DNA of 64,000 nt from assembly GCA_030390025.1 (NCBI GenBank), contig CM059432.1, positions 82,090,001 to 82,154,000 on the forward strand, in the 5' to 3' direction. Below the pieces are notes generated by a model that was not told the origin of the DNA, ran no database searches, and was given only the letters and a program-made list of their open reading frames with translations. Shown one piece after another: positions 37,811-51,906 of this stretch; positions within the stretch are counted from its first letter, which is position 1; each line of letters opens with the position of its first letter. The translations under genes and the position numbers were made by a program. This stretch comes from Squalus acanthias. Taxonomy: Eukaryota.

Positions 37811-39539
37811 AATATTTTAAGTGTATTGAGTGCACTGATCATTTAATTAAATAAAGAAAATAGAATGGACAACATATGATGACGTTTTGAAACTATTCCA
37901 ACATGTGGGCTTCAAGGGAAAAATTAGGATCTATCAGATGAGGAAAGATTGATGCTCTCACTCAATTGAAGCGTTACATAACCAGCAAATTCACTATGAC
38001 TAATCCCTATCTGCATATAAGTTTTTATCCTCATGCTTCTTTATTTTGTCCATTTTAGAGTCTCATTCTTGTCATCTGAAATGGAGGGCATTTTTTATAT
38101 TTAGAGATCTAAAGATTAATAATTTATGCGCTTCTATTATGTTTGATTAAAATATGCTGTCTTTAGGAAAAAGGGAACATATAACTTACTTAGTTATTTC
38201 AAAAATATAATTATTATGAAGGAAGATTCTTTCTCATTTACTTGTGTTTCTCACTCAATGCTTGTTGCCTTTCATGAACTCCAACTCATCCAAAACACCA
38301 CTTCCAATATTCGATCCTGGGCTAAGTCCCACCGCATTGATGGTATCCCAAGCAGAACTCCACAAAGTGTCTTGTTCTGGGCTACTGCTATATTCTTGGG
38401 TCTTATTAAATCTTCTTACCCTAGATCATTTTAGAGTGATCTCATGGGTGAATCCGAAACTCCCCATGCCTTCAGAAGTGTCTATCTTTGCCTTTTGATC
38501 AAGGTAAGCTTTCAGTAACATACCCGGAAAAATGAACCACAAACCTTGCTTGGTAATTGCTGTTTAGGTACTGAACTATCTTATACCTCCATAAGATCTC
38601 ACTTCAGTCTTCAAAATCAGTAGAGCATCACACCAGACCTTGTTTTTAGTTAAGGTACCAAGCAAATTTGTTAAAAATATACTGAACAGGTGAATAATCT
38701 AACAGTGATATAATGCAGTTAATTATTTGCAGAACAAGGTCTTTTATCTAACTCCTCAAGGAGCTAATAAAAGAGTCACAAGGGTAGAAATTCTGGCAGT
38801 GCCATTTTACAGTTGGAAGTGCAGCAGTGTTGAAATTTTGACTCTCACTTTGGCCTCTCTATGACCCTGTCTCAAATCCCAAGGGTGGGTCATTAATATA
38901 TTGGGGTGGGGGGGCTGCCCACACCTGTAGCAGCACAACAGGGGAGTCCACCTACGGATCACGCGGAGTAGCCAAGTGCAGCAGGCACTCATAATTAGAA
39001 CTTTAGCTCCCATGCTGGCAAACCTTCAATCAAACAACGCTATTCAATTCTTTCCTGGTGGAGCCCACTTGTAGCCCAGAAGAGAACCTGTAGGTACCAC
39101 TAGATCTATTAGCAGCATGTATGGCAGGATTGCCGGGGTAGTCCCGGAAGGCCCCAGACAGCAGTCGGAAGGAGCGTGGGTAGGAGAATCGTATGCCCTC
39201 CTCGATCGAAATAGTCTCTTCCACACTGAAGGTACAGGAGCTCAGCGGAGTTGAGATACACCAGGAAATGTACAGATATCACCCTTTATAATATTTAGGA
39301 TTATGAGGAGGGAAATCAATAGGTTATTTTTCCCTTTTAAATTGGGAATAAAATGATGGAAAAATTATTTTTTATTCAAAAGAACATGCTTGATAGCTTT
39401 CGTTAAAGAAGGGTGATGCACATTCTATTTGAACATGAGGTGTTGAATTTTAATGTGGAAAGAATTCAAGATACAAAAGGGACCAGAAGCCTTTCACCAT
39501 GAATATTCAATAGAGTGGTAATATGGAGGCCTTTATATA

Positions 39540-39870
39540 CCACCCAGATTTAGGTGTTGAAAGATCACTGGGGTTGGCATAGAAAATTAATATTGGTGGC
39601 ATTAGCTGTAAAGTTAATGGAGCTTTGAGATTTATACAAAGAAACATTTACCAGGCAACAATTGAAGTGAAGCAATTAGCATACTGCACACTGGTTGGAG
39701 TTCATTTAGCGTGCGCTAGCACAGACGGGGATCTGGGAAGGGTAGTACAAATAAATTAACTTGACAACATACAAAGGAGATTCATTCTAAAGGATTATTC
39801 GAGTTACAGTAGTGTCAATAAAATTCAGCAAAACCTGATGGGAACCATCTGAAAGAAGGCAAAACAGAAT
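39540..39870 (+). mobile_element. Old LINE ORF2 C-terminal remnant
   Basis: Translates to ...VNGALRFIQRNIYQATIEVKQLAYCTLV..., typical of CR1-group C-termini. Confidence 0.5.
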
Positions 39871-39992
39871 GACTTGGTCTGTGGAATATTTCAAATACTC
39901 ACATCAACCAAGGCTATTGGCAATGGCATGAATGCTACAAAGTCCAGTTTAGAATTAATGTCCCATAATTTGCGGTCAGCAGCGAAGTAAAG

Positions 39993-40302
39993 GGTGCGGT
40001 AACATAGTGGATTATGTTACTGGACGAGTAAACCAGTGACCTGAACTAATGATCCGGTGACGTGAGTTCAAATCCCATCATGGCAGCTGGGGAATTTAAA
40101 TTCAGTTCCCTCTGAAATGGTCTAGTAAGCCCACTCAGTTGTACCAAACTGCTACAAAGAAGTATAACAGCACTGTGGGAGTACCTTCATCACATGCAGT
40201 GGTTCAAGAAGGTGGCTCAGCACCACCCTCTCAAGGGCAGTTGGGGATGGGCAATAAATGCTTGCCAGTGACGCCCACATCCTGTGAACAAATAATAAAA
40301 AA
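39993..40302 (+). mobile_element. tRNA-derived SINE with LINE-derived 3' tail
   Basis: A-box-like taacatagtgg and B-box gagttcaaatcc. Tail ggttcaagaaggtggctc...gggatgggcaataaatgc is shared with the LINE end at 44995-45300. Confidence 0.75.
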
Positions 40303-40729
40303 AGATCGCCACTGGCCCCGAAGTAAGCTTCCCACAAAGATCTTGTGATCTCTATGGCGAGAAGTTCGACTTTTCCGATGTGGAGTTGAAATCAATGTAG
40401 TTTAGTGGGAATCCCATAGTGCGAGCTGCTGTGATGGCAACAAGCTGTCTAAGCAGCCAATCACAATACAGAATTCTCACAGACCGGGAACCAGGAAATA
40501 GAAATTACTAATAATCACTTTTTAAAAATTTACAGAGAGCGAAATAAAGATTGGGACATACACATTGGGTTAAGGTAGAAGCTGAAATATCATGAACAAA
40601 CTTTTAAAAATATATTATTTTTATTACTTATAAAATCTAATAATTTTTAACTTAATGGAGAAATTTGACATTCCACTAATATAAAATTAGTTTTTCAGGG
40701 CAGCAATGGTTGTTTATCAGTAGTTATTA

Positions 40730-41198
40730 CAGGAAACTCTCGTTTAAACAGTACCTAAATATCCAGAATTCTCTAATAACCGGCAAAATTCATACTCCGA
40801 AAACAACACCTCAATAACTGGAAATGTTGCCGAGCCCAAGTCCAAGTCTCCCGTGGTGGCCGAGTTAATCAGTGGGGGTAGTTCTCCAAACTGCCACTAC
40901 TCGGCTTCTTGGCGCTGTCGGAAGTCTTTTCTGATCCGAACACCTCAATAACAGGAGTCTGACTCTCCCGCACTGGATTACCCTCAACTGGCAGTACTGT
41001 ACTTAATCAAACATCTTCCACCATTCATTTAACACAACATTCTGTAGGGGAGTACCCAATTATACTGCACATTTCTTGATTTTTTTATTTTTGTTTGTTA
41101 AAAATAGCCTCGGTAGATATACCTCTCCGTTATCCGGAATTTTAAATCAACCGGCACCATCCCGGTCCCGTCGGTGCTGGATACGAAAGAGTTTCCTG
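40730..41198. mobile_element. Tc1/mariner-pogo (Tigger-like) MITE
   Basis: TA|caggaaactct...agagtttcctg|TA: TIRs with TA TSD. It sits inside another repeat spanning about 40310-41540. Confidence 0.8.
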
Positions 41199-42799
41199 TA
41201 CTCAGATCGCCGTTAAAAACCCAGTTAAACCTTATTTGAATGGGTCTAACTTTTTATGGGGTTTCTAACAGCAATATTTTTTCGGGAATATAAAGGGGAC
41301 GTTTTCGTCAGATCAGCGATTTCATGAACTGTCGGCTCTGGCGGGGGGTGGGGGGGGCGGGCGGAAGGGCGCGGTTGTGTCCACAGTGCAGCCTGTGTTG
41401 GAGCAGTGAACGACAGACCACAACTTCAGGATTTCTGTGTTAGGCTGCCCATGCGCTAAATCCTGAAGTTGCAGTCAGTTTCAATGGCGAAATGACAGCG
41501 AACGCTGCCAGTTCACCGTCATCAGGACCGCGTGTCCTGGGCCAATGTCTTTGGGTATAATGGTCTGGAAATTTTACAGTTGTAAAATAAGTGTCCAATA
41601 TGCCAGGCAGCGTGTGCACGCTCATTTCATGGTGGAAATGCGGCCTCCGGTATATTGGTATTGGTATAGGCATCAAAAGAGGCATCCAGGGCCCATACAG
41701 GTGTTAGGCCCTTTGCATTTGCAAATCAGGGACCTAATGCCTATTTGATGCATCCTTTACCAAATTGGTTTGCACAGAACGCAGCCGGCACCGGCAGGCT
41801 CCCACAGCTCGCTGGTCTGATGTAAATGAGGCCCAATATCTGGTGGGCCTTGGGCCTATCCGTTCCGGTGTTGGGATTATTCCCTACTCTAAGAGCTTTT
41901 ATTTTTTTCTGGGTTTCTCCCGTCCTCTCCTGAAGGCAATGACTCATGTTGGGCTATTATTCCATGGGCATCATTGGCCCACTGGTACCTCACCTGACAG
42001 CCTAGTCGTCTAGTGCAAGCCTAAATAGTGAGTGATGGCAGGCTGTTGACTAGGAAGGACGACACAGCTGAATATGGTATCATTCTCATGCATGAGCATT
42101 TCCCAACAGGAATCACAGGAGCCGGAACCGTGGCTGATATTTTCCCCCTAATTTACAGCCATTCAAGTAAACTAAAGTGCCATTAGCGCAGTCCCAGCTA
42201 AGACCAACTAACTCGGCAGAGTCCAGCAACCAAACCTGGGGACTTCTTGTTTGGTGTGGTTCAGTACCACACTAGGCAATGCAGTTACGCACTGAGCCAT
42301 TTGGGGGAGCCAATAACTTTTATATTTCTTTAATACAAGTTCCTTATATTAAATCACAGACCAGTTGTATTAGTAGCAAAATATTTTCTTGCTTGCTATG
42401 CTACCATTACATGACACAGTACCTTGAATAATTAATGTGATTCATCAATGAAGCATCCTATCTTTATTTAACCTATAGCTTGCCATCTCCTGTGTTCCCT
42501 CTACTCCCATGGTCCAATGGTCTTGCTCACTGACAAGGGCACCTCCAACCACTTCCTTGTATACCCCACCATTCATAGCCCTCATCCCCTCTAACCCCAC
42601 TTCTTTCTGCATCTGCCCTTGGGAAAAAACCTCTCCTCTAAGCCACTTACAATTGCATTCTTGAACTCTGCGCTGCCTAGCCTTTGGCCTTCTATTTACC
42701 ATAATACATCTGTAGCTATTGATTGGCTCAACCACCCCATCACCTTTGATGCTCTGTTCCCAGCAAAACCTCACTGTTCCCCAGGTACCGCCCTCACCT

Positions 42800-44040
42800 T
42801 CATTCCCTCAAGTCCAAGAGATGCAAACATGAATATATCTGGCACACAACTGGCTTAGCCATCCATTGCCAGATCTAGCTTGATCACATCAAGCTCTACT
42901 GCACACAACTCTCCTCTGCCAAAACTCTACTACTCTAGCACATCCTGGAGATGAAAGATTACCCTTGAAAGATTTCCTAGATTACAACAGCGACTAGAGT
43001 ACTTCATTGGCTGTAAAGCGCTTTGGTACGTCCTGAGGTCTTTTACCCTATGCCTCTTTTCTCCACTACCAACCACCGTCCTCAACCTCTCTCCTCTGTC
43101 CCTCCATCCTCACCTCCAGCAACAAGTGAGGCGAGCTCATGGACTTCTTTGTCACCAAGATAGAGACCATCTAATTAACTAGGTCTGTTGCTTCCATCCC
43201 TTTGTCTAGCCCACCAAGCCAAACCACCCTCCAAGCCACTTCCTAACCCAGCCTTGAGAATACGTCTCTCTATAGTTTCTCTCCCATCTCCCCATGTCCA
43301 TGCCAAGCTCATCTCGTGCATGCAAACCACCTCGTAGTCCCTTGACCCTATTCCCACTAAACTGCTAACAACCAGACTTCCGTTCCTGGCCTCCATGCTA
43401 GCTGATATTGTAAATAGCTCCCTCTCCTCAAGCATTGTCTTCTCACCTTCAAAACTGCTGTCATCACATCCCTCCTCAAAAAACACACCTCAACCCCTCT
43501 GTTCTTGCAAACAACTGCCCCCTCTTCTAAGTCTTTGAATGTGTTGTCACCTCTCAGATCGATGGCACTTTTTCTCACAACTCCCTGTTTGAGTCTCTCT
43601 AATCAGGTTTGCATCCTGAAATGGACCTAAGCCAAAGTCACAATCAACATTCCTTGTAACTGTGGTACATTATTCCTCCTTGTCCTCCTCAATCTACAGG
43701 CTTTGATTGGTCAACCTCATCATTCTCCTCCAATGCCTCTTCTGCGTTGTCCAGCTGAGTGGGACTGACCTCGCTGGGCTCCACTCTTACCTCTCCAATT
43801 ATAGCCAGAGCATCTCCACCAATGGCTTTGCTTCCCACTCCTGCACCGTCACCTATGGATTCCCCCAGGGAACTATGCCCCCTCCTTTCATTAACTACAG
43901 CCCTTGGTGACAACATCTACAGACATGGGATCAGCTGATGATATTCTCTTCATCATAAAAATTGCTTACTTCCATTCTCCATAACACCAGCTGCCTCTAC
44001 TCCTACCACAGCGCATCTGCTCATCCATGCCTTTGAGATA
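42800..44040 (+). mobile_element. Degraded L2 LINE RT fragment
   Basis: Translates to LDPIPTKLLTTRLPFLASMLADIVNSSLSS...FKTAVITSLLKK; pyrimidine-rich L2-like composition. Confidence 0.8.
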
Positions 44041-44719
44041 TTTCGATAATAAAAATATTTTCAAACAAAAGGTAAATCAAGCATTGGAGTCCCAGCAAGT
44101 GGTCTAGTTGAACTCTTGGCCATTTAACTGGGTGAATTTAGCCAGTTTTTGCACAACCGCTGAATTGAGCACTTTTGTATTCTGGGACACTCACTTATTG
44201 TGATGTTTTACTGCATATTCATTTAATCGCACATGAATCTCTGGAACCAATCTATTTTCATTTAACAATATGTGAAAATAAAATATTTATTTGCATAATT
44301 ACTTTAATAGTTGGGTTGAATTTCCTCTTCATTATTTTTAGCACACCAGTTGATGAGTTCACATCAATTCAACCTGCACTCTTTTGAATAGGAACTTATG
44401 CAAACAAATTAAAGGGCACTAAAAATAGTGCACATCATCAACATTTCGTATCTTCTCACTCTTCCCTTGGAGAACAGTGTGAAGTAGTGGAAGGATTCGC
44501 AGGCTGATTAACAGTCTGACTGGCCGCGTTAACGCTCCTTCCGTGGCCATAACCATCTTTATACCAGACGATAGGGTGGTTGGTCCTATACGGCGGGAGG
44601 GTTTTATGGGCTCCCACAACCTGTACAATGAAGGGGGGCCACCCGCACCCACCCACCAGACGTGAGTATCCCACTGGTTGTCAATCCAGAATTCAGAGTC
44701 AGAGCTCCGACTCCACTCG

Positions 44720-44797
44720 CAGGGACTGTCTGGAGTGGGATTCAAACCCTGCACCTTTTGACTCAGAGGTGGGAAATGCTAACACTGAGCCAAGGAC
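44720..44797 (-). mobile_element. tRNA-derived SINE head
   Basis: Reverse strand tggctcagtgttagc...gggtttgaatcccactccagac has A- and B-box-like motifs. Confidence 0.65.
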
Positions 44798-44947
44798 TAG
44801 CTCCAATAGTGCACAGAGGAAATTAAACTCCAATATTGGTTCAATTGAATAATGCATAATCTAGAGATCCTTAATGTTCTGAGATCATCATCTTCTGAGA
44901 ATGTTATGTACTGACTGGCTGCTGTATTTCAGCCAAAAAAATGTATT

Positions 44948-45305
44948 TAAGAACATAAGAACATAAGAAATAGGAGCAGGGGTAGGCCATTCTCACAATG
45001 TGGAGAACGCTGGCAAAGCTGCATTTATTGCCCATCCCTAGTCGTCCTGAGACGATGGTGGTGGACCTTCTTGAATCACTGCAGTCCTTGTGATGATAAT
45101 GATCCCACGATGGTATTAGGGAACTGCAGGTTAGTGACCTAGTGACATTGAAGGAACAGCAATATATGTGCAAGTCAGGGTGGCATGTGACTTGGAGGGG
45201 AACTTGGAGGCGTTGGTGTTCCCATTACATTGCTGCTCTTGTCCTTCTCCATGGTAGAGGCCATGGGGGTGGGAGGTTCTGGCAAAGTAACTTTTGTGCG
45301 TTGCT
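44948..45305 (-). mobile_element. CR1 tail stub (44948-44992) abutting another LINE 3' end
   Basis: taagaacataagaacataagaaataggagcagg is the antisense CR1 tail; gcatttattgcccatccc is antisense to the SINE tail at about 40245. Confidence 0.65.
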
Positions 45306-46364
45306 ACAGCGCTTTCTTAGGTACCCAAATTTGTTTGCATTAGTTCTACAGTCAGTAAGGTAAATGTCGGCGCTGGGAAGTCAGTGTGCACCCCCACCGG
45401 GAGGCCCAAGGCTGGCCCGAAATTGGGCTTTGGGCCTCATTTCAATAATCTGGGCAAACTGCCGGCACCTGTTGTGCCTCTGCAGGCAGCTCGCTCATCC
45501 TGAAAACGAACTTCAGGACGCTTGCCTCGCCAGCAGAGGCCCTCAGGTATGTGCTGGGAACTGGAGGGAGGACCGCGAGAGAGGGGACAATTACAGCTGG
45601 TGGCGACCATCAGGTGTGCCGTGAAGTCGGGAGCAGCACTCCAGATCCTGCTGGCTCGACATGAATTTTAAAAAATGTACTTACCTTTTTGGTGGCGGCC
45701 ACTGGTTTTTTGGCTGTGCTTTGTAAGAAATAAAGAGACATCCAGCAGTGAAGAACCTGTTGAATATATTGTGAATCAGAGACATCATTACACTACGTAC
45801 ATGGATTGATTTTTTAAATCACTTTATAGTCCATTATCTTGAATTTGAATATTTCCCATCATCCAAAATTCTTTGCATACAGTCTAAGCAAGGATTCTTC
45901 CAGTGAGATGTCAGTCTGAAAAGACGTAGTGAGGAAATATGGGGTGGTGGCAAAAGGATGTTCACCATCTGGTTCATTTAATTGACTTGTCCAGTTATTT
46001 GTATGAAGTTTTCTGATCCTAAAGCTGTGCAGTTAAATGGGAAAGACTGGAAGCTTGCCACATGTCAAGCAAACGGAAACACTGGTAAGACCTGTAATGC
46101 TCTTGCAGCAGTGCACGTCCAGTCATCATCAGCCAATTGCAGCCTAATTTTGATGGCAGCTGTGTGGAAGTCCACCTCTCAGCACCCTCCACAGTCCCAT
46201 CGAGCACTGTGCTGAGAAGTGCCAATAATTACCTCAAGAATGGGCAAATAGAGAAACAGAACTTGCTTAGTCACAAGGGAAGTGAAACACCTCGTACTAC
46301 TGTTTCAGGTGTTGTTTAAATCAAGTGCTACATTTTGACTGACCTCCATTTTGTTCTCTTCTAG

Positions 46365-46516
46365 CATTCTTTGGGAAATACCTCAATGAATATAATGGCA
46401 GCTATATCCCACCGGGGTGGCGAGAGTGGGTTGGACTTATAAAGAATTCCCGCTTTTATAACTACACCCTCAGTCGGAATGGCTTTAAGGAGAAGCATGG
46501 GTTTGATTATTCCAAG
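46365..46516 (+). CDS. SULF1: SULF1-like coding exon 3 (not in ORF track)
   Basis: ttctcttctag|CA TTC TTT GGG AAA...TCCAAG|gtatct; 152 nt. Encodes (A)[50 protein letters not shown]. Confidence 0.96.
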
Positions 46517-48994
46517 GTATCTGCTTCATTTGCTTGTAAATGTTACTTTTGTTCTACATTTAATAATAATTTGAATAAATGTATCATGCTTCCCCCCCTT
46601 CACCCAAAGCAACCTCACATTCCCAGTGAAAATGTTGGTAACTTTGAAATTTCCAGGTGGAACGAGAGGTTCATTGAGGACAGTTTAAGTAATACATGTG
46701 TAATGCAATAATATGAGATATTTAATCCATATTGAAAAATGTTTGCAAAATGATCACCCCTTTTGGAAAGCAATTTGAGATTTAATTCAAAGCATTTGCT
46801 TTATTTGCTTTTGCTGCAGGTTCTTCTGTGTGCATTCACCTGCACTGAAACAAAGCAAGCACCATTTTCCATTTTTTATAATTGATCCTGTGTTGTTAAA
46901 TATAAAAGTCTACAACAACAACACTTGCACTGACTGGGGGCTCATCGTTCAAAGCATATTCCATTTAATTGTGGGAAAAATAATTCCCTGTCAAAGATTA
47001 CACTGTAAGAGCAATGACAGACACCTGTAGTGTACATCTGGGATTCTGACATTCTTTCTGGTCTCTTTCTGAGAACGATGTGGCCTGTCTACTTCAGAAT
47101 AGCTTACTCCTGCAAATTGGAGATCCCATCTGTATTCAGCACATTCCCATAGAATTCACCTTAAATTTTTTCAGAAGGTTATAAGATTTCTTGTATTTTT
47201 TTTCTTTTTCTTTCTTCCTAGTTTCTCTCCCCTTCGATTCAGAAGGTGCTGACTCCTGCTGGGGTTCGATTCCATGGGGGCTGACAGCCCTCCAGTAGTG
47301 AATCCAAAATCCCTTATATGAGAGGCCCGACAGTGAGTGACAATAGGCTATTTGATTATGGAGGTCATCACAGATAAGATGGATCCTGGCCTTGCCTGAT
47401 GTCCACACATTCACACTTTCCATCATGATTCATTCACTGGGTAGTGTTCAGGATGAAGAGTGTTACTTATTATAAAATGATTCGATTTAAAGTGATAATT
47501 CTTTCTTTTTGAATCACTATTTTAAAATAATGCCTTAAGGAAACACCGTCTTTGCAAAAGAAGTTTGCAAGAAACTTTGGCCTAAAAATTCCTTTAGGCT
47601 GTTTTTAATGTGGTAAATAGGCGCAGGGAATAGTCCTTGCACCCAAAGACAGAGGTCTGAGGATTGCAAGAAATTGTCCTCAGGCCTCGTCTAAGTATTC
47701 AGGGCGAGCTGGCTGGCACCTGCCTTGCCTCTGGAGGCAGCTTGTCTGGCAGAAACATTCAAATTTGGGCCGAATGCCTTGCCTGTTTTAGGTGAGCGCC
47801 CCTTGTCCTTCTTGATTTCAAAATGTGGAGACACATCTGCCACTTCAACAAGCCAGCACAGGCATGATGGGCTGAATGGTCTCCTTCTGTGCTGCATGAT
47901 TCTATGAATCTAAGAGGAAGCCAGCCTTCATGAAGATGCACCATCGCTTGATCTGACCCTAGCAAGTACCAGCTGGGAGACTGGCACCATGGGTAGTTTT
48001 GAGGCTAGGATAGAAAATGGGTCTTCACGTGGTGAATCACCAGCCATAACTGTGCAGATGCTAGGGCAGGAGGGCTGGGATGCAGAGATACCAGCATGTT
48101 GGAGGGCGAGATCACATACTAGCTCTGCTGCAGAGGACTCAGATGCTCACTTTGAGGGCCCAAGCTACTGAAGAAAGTTTATGGGTGTACACCAGGAAAT
48201 TCTAGGACAGCCTGCCAGCAAGTTTGCACACAATGGCTCAAAGCGTGAAGGAATCCAGCTCCAACTTGTGTCGAGGCTTCGCGCAGAGCAAGGAGATCAT
48301 TCTGTCCAACATGGACCGAAGTGGTCAGATCCTGCTAACACTGCTGCCATGGAGGCTCAGACGACTGCAATCTTGGCTCTGGGGGCCAATGTTACCAGAG
48401 GCTTCTAGAGTGTCACATCACTCTTACACTCATCTTCTTGCACAGAGCCATAGGAGTGCTGAGGCACCGTCCCAGGAGAGTGGCCTTAGCTTCATAGGAG
48501 AGGCACCTGTAGTCCTCTCTCAGGATGAGAGCTTGCATGCTCCCCTGTCTCCCACTGCACCAGTGCTCTTGTTAGTGCTGCACAGCCAATTGTACCAGAG
48601 AGTCCCGGCACATGCCAAGGTGCTTAGTCAAGGCCTGGAGCTGCTCGAGTTCATCCACACGGCCATTGGAAGTGTCCTCAATGAAAGCTCAGCAGCCTTC
48701 TGAAACCTCTCAAGCTGTAGCCATTGGGATACACTTTGTAGGAGCACTAGGATAAGTAAGCACAGAAGACAGGCGCTAAGGGCTTGCACAAGGGTGATTC
48801 TTGATTATTTCTTTTAACTATTAGACACAGTTGGAATTCAATTGTTGGATAAATTTGTTTTTTGTTCTGGATTTGGTGTTGGTGTTAATATTTGTAGTGA
48901 AGTGAGAGCAAGACCCATAAGGCTGGACTGAAGGAAACCAGTGGTAGTGAGGACGGTGGTGATAAGGATTGTGGGACTGTTGGTGTATTGGGGG

Positions 48995-49219
48995 TGGGAG
49001 GGATGGTTCAGGTGCAGCACTCTTCAATGAGCTGCTCTCTGAGAGGGAGGGATGGGAGGGATGGTTCAGGTGCAGCGCTCTTCAATGAGCTGCTCTCTGA
49101 GAGGGAGGGATGGGAGGGATGGTTCAGGTGCAGCGCTCTTCAATGAGCTGCTCTCTGAGAGGGAGGGATGGGAGGGATGGTTCAGGTGCAGCGCTCTTCA
49201 ATGAGCTGCTCTCTGAGAG
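48995..49219. repeat. 58-bp tandem repeat, about 3.9 copies
   Basis: Unit gggagggatggttcaggtgcagcgctcttcaatgagctgctctctgagagggagggat starts at 48996, 49054, 49112 and 49170. Confidence 0.95.
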
Positions 49220-50150
49220 CTCTGGCAGCTCGAGGCACTGGTGGTCAATGCTGCTCCTCCTGCTGCCCTTCTTGCTTCCCAGGTGGTGGTGAGGGCTGGT
49301 TCCACATGATGCCAAAGTCATGGTGCAGGCAGCAGACAACCACAAAAATGGTAAAGATCCTCCCAAATGGGTCAGGCAGCGGAGACGTTGCTTGAGCACA
49401 CTGACTGTCTGCTCAGTTACATTTCTGGTGGCAACATGGCTTTCGTTGTAGGCCAGCTGTGCAGCTGTGCCCATGTTCCTGACAAGAGTCATGGGTCAAG
49501 TCTGAAGGGGATAGCCCTTGTCACCCAGTAGCCAGCCTGTAACCTGATAGCCTGCTTGGAACAATGGTGGCACAGAGGACTGGCTCAGGATGAATGCATC
49601 ATGACTGCTACCAGGAAATTGGGCACAGATCTGCATGATGCGCTGGCTGTGGTCACAAACCAGCTGGACGTTGAGGGACTGGTATCTCTTTCTATTGAAA
49701 TAGATGCCTGCCTGGTGATGGAGAGCACGCAAGGCAATGTAAGTGCCGTCTATGGCGCCTTGGACCCTGGGAAAGTTTGCCATGCATGTGAAGCCTAGTG
49801 CTCTCTCGTCCTTCGCTCTGTCCATGGGAAACGAGATGCGGACGTTCCTCCTGGTGTAGAGAGCCTCGGTGACTTCCCTGATACAGCAGTGGACTGTAAA
49901 CTGGGAGATGTCACTGATGCCACCTGCTGCAGCCTGGAAGGAGCCTGTTGCATAAAGGTTAAAGGCTACGGTGACCTTGACAGCCACAGACAGCGCTCTC
50001 AATGCCCTGGTTCAAGGCTCGAGTTGTGACTGCAGCAGGTGACATAGCTCGGTGCCAAACTCCTATGTGAAGAGAAGGCATCTGAGGCATTGCTCCTCAA
50101 TGAAGCTCAGGTTGGAGAAGTGCTTCCAGAAAACCCGCTGTGGGTATGGC
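49124..50150 (-). pseudogene. HARBI1-like DDE transposase pseudogene
   Basis: VAVKVTVAFNLYATGSFQ...FPRVQGAIDGTYI...NRKRYQSLNVQLVCD...FPGSSHDAFIL...LLGDKGYPL*...YNESHVATRNVTEQTVSVLKQRLRCL. In-frame stop at 49496-49498 plus frameshifts. Confidence 0.92.
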
Positions 50151-51906
50151 CTCCTGCGCAGTTCTCTCCTCCTCCTCCCTCCTCTCCCAGCTGCTCCTGC
50201 TCTCTCCTGTCTTCTTTGCTGCTCCCCTTGTCCCCAGCCCTAAAGGCAGCCCGACCTGACCACCCATGACTGCATGAAACTGTTTTCAAGGCAGCCAAAA
50301 GTAGTCCAGCACCAGCAAAAGCTTCTGCTTAGAGTTCAGAGTTAAGTTTTATAAGTCAGAAAACAGACCAAAAAACACTCTGAAGTTAACCAGTAGCCTA
50401 ACAGGATAAACCAGCAGCAGCTAACCTGTATGTAGTGGATGAGCCCATTAAACAGTGCTCTGAAAGGTCCTTCCTGCCTGTTAGCGCCATGAATTGCTGA
50501 GCAGGTTTATCACGTGGCGAGTCAGAAGTTGGGGCAGACCAATATCATTAAAGAGCCCTTCAGCAAGCCCTACCAGACCACCCATGACTGCAGTAAAAGT
50601 AGGACCCTTATTAAATATTTTAATAATCATTTAGCATACCTTCAGCGCAAGCCCTGGATACCTATGGAGCAGCCTGATCCACTGTTGCCGACAGCGCATT
50701 TCTGGCATGGAATAAGTGCGCATGTGCTGCCCACTGTATTGGATGCTTAGGTGCCCGTTTTATGCCCGAAAAACAGGCACGTGCCAACGAATTATTAGAC
50801 TATGGGATTCCTGAGAATTAATTTCAAATTTTCAATTTCCAAGTGCTAATGGAATCAGTCATTAATGTACGGTGGGAATGTCATCATGCATCAAGGACAC
50901 AGGGTGCAGTGGCAATCGCACGAGAAGAACTGGCACAGAAAGGATCCAAAAACCAACATGTAAAATAAAAACTGAACAATTATAAAAGTAACAGACACAA
51001 GGGAGTGATTTGAAGGCTTTAATCTTAGTTTAGTATTCAGATGATGGTTTTTGTAACATCACCTGGACCTCTCAATTGCAATAATGCCTTGTAATCACTC
51101 GTAGGTATGCATTGTTTAAAAGAGAGAAACTTAAGACCTAAAAATCTAGAGCACAAAAACATGGTTTCCATTAGTCGTTAGTATTGTATAAATCACTGCA
51201 GACTGCGGCTAGAAGCCATGTTTTAAAAAACATATCACTTATTTAAACCAGAATTTCATTCTAGTACTGGCATAGTTAAAAAAATGTTAAAAGAAGAAAA
51301 TGATTCCCATTTGGGCTTGTCATTAATGTTACTATAAACAATCGCCTTAAACTGCTCTCTCTGCAGAGCATAATTACAGTATTAATTTCCAGAAGCCCAG
51401 TGCCTGCTGAGATCCTGGTTTTGAGGGAGAAAGGACACAGCTGGTTGGCTTGTACTAACATTGACATGTGACGTGGAGTCTAGCCTCAGGCTGTGCCTTT
51501 GCAGCTGTGCTGCACTCTGTATCCAGAACATGTGATTAGTCATGCCCGTGAGTGCTTTAAATTATAAGGATTTCTTCAGCAGTTTCTCACTGATGCTTAT
51601 ATAAGGCATCAGGGTGAGTGATGAATAGCCAAGAAAGTGGCCTTTACTTCTGCTGAAGACAATGTTGTATGGCTTCTGCTCTTTGAGAGTACAGTAAACA
51701 GACTGTTGCCATGTACCATACGCAGTCCATGCTTTTGATATGGAGATTCTGTCAGAGCTAATTTAGGATTACTCTTTTGAACTAAACATTCCTGTTACCT
51801 TCCGGTGGCTGAATCTGGAAAATTAAACATTATTAAACAGAAATGGTGTTAGCAAATCGCTGGAAGAACTTTCGGCAAGGTTCAGATGTAGGAATATATT
51901 TATCAG

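Larger units (their letters stand above)
47579..50801. mobile_element. Decayed autonomous-type PIF/Harbinger transposon
   Basis: Degenerate TIRs gcctaaaaattc / gaattattagac; contains a HARBI1-like transposase pseudogene on the minus strand. Confidence 0.7.

Noticed and set aside
39993..40085. tRNA gene
   Set aside because: A and B boxes are present but no cloverleaf; it continues into a SINE body and LINE-type tail.
46795..46826. Recursive splice site or extra exon (ttttgctgcag|gttctt)
   Set aside because: Good acceptor but a poor regenerated donor; exon 3 to exon 4 already joins in frame with no missing SULF residues.
49124..50150. Domesticated host HARBI1 gene
   Set aside because: In-frame stop, frameshifts and a TIR-bounded intronic context indicate a dead transposon copy.
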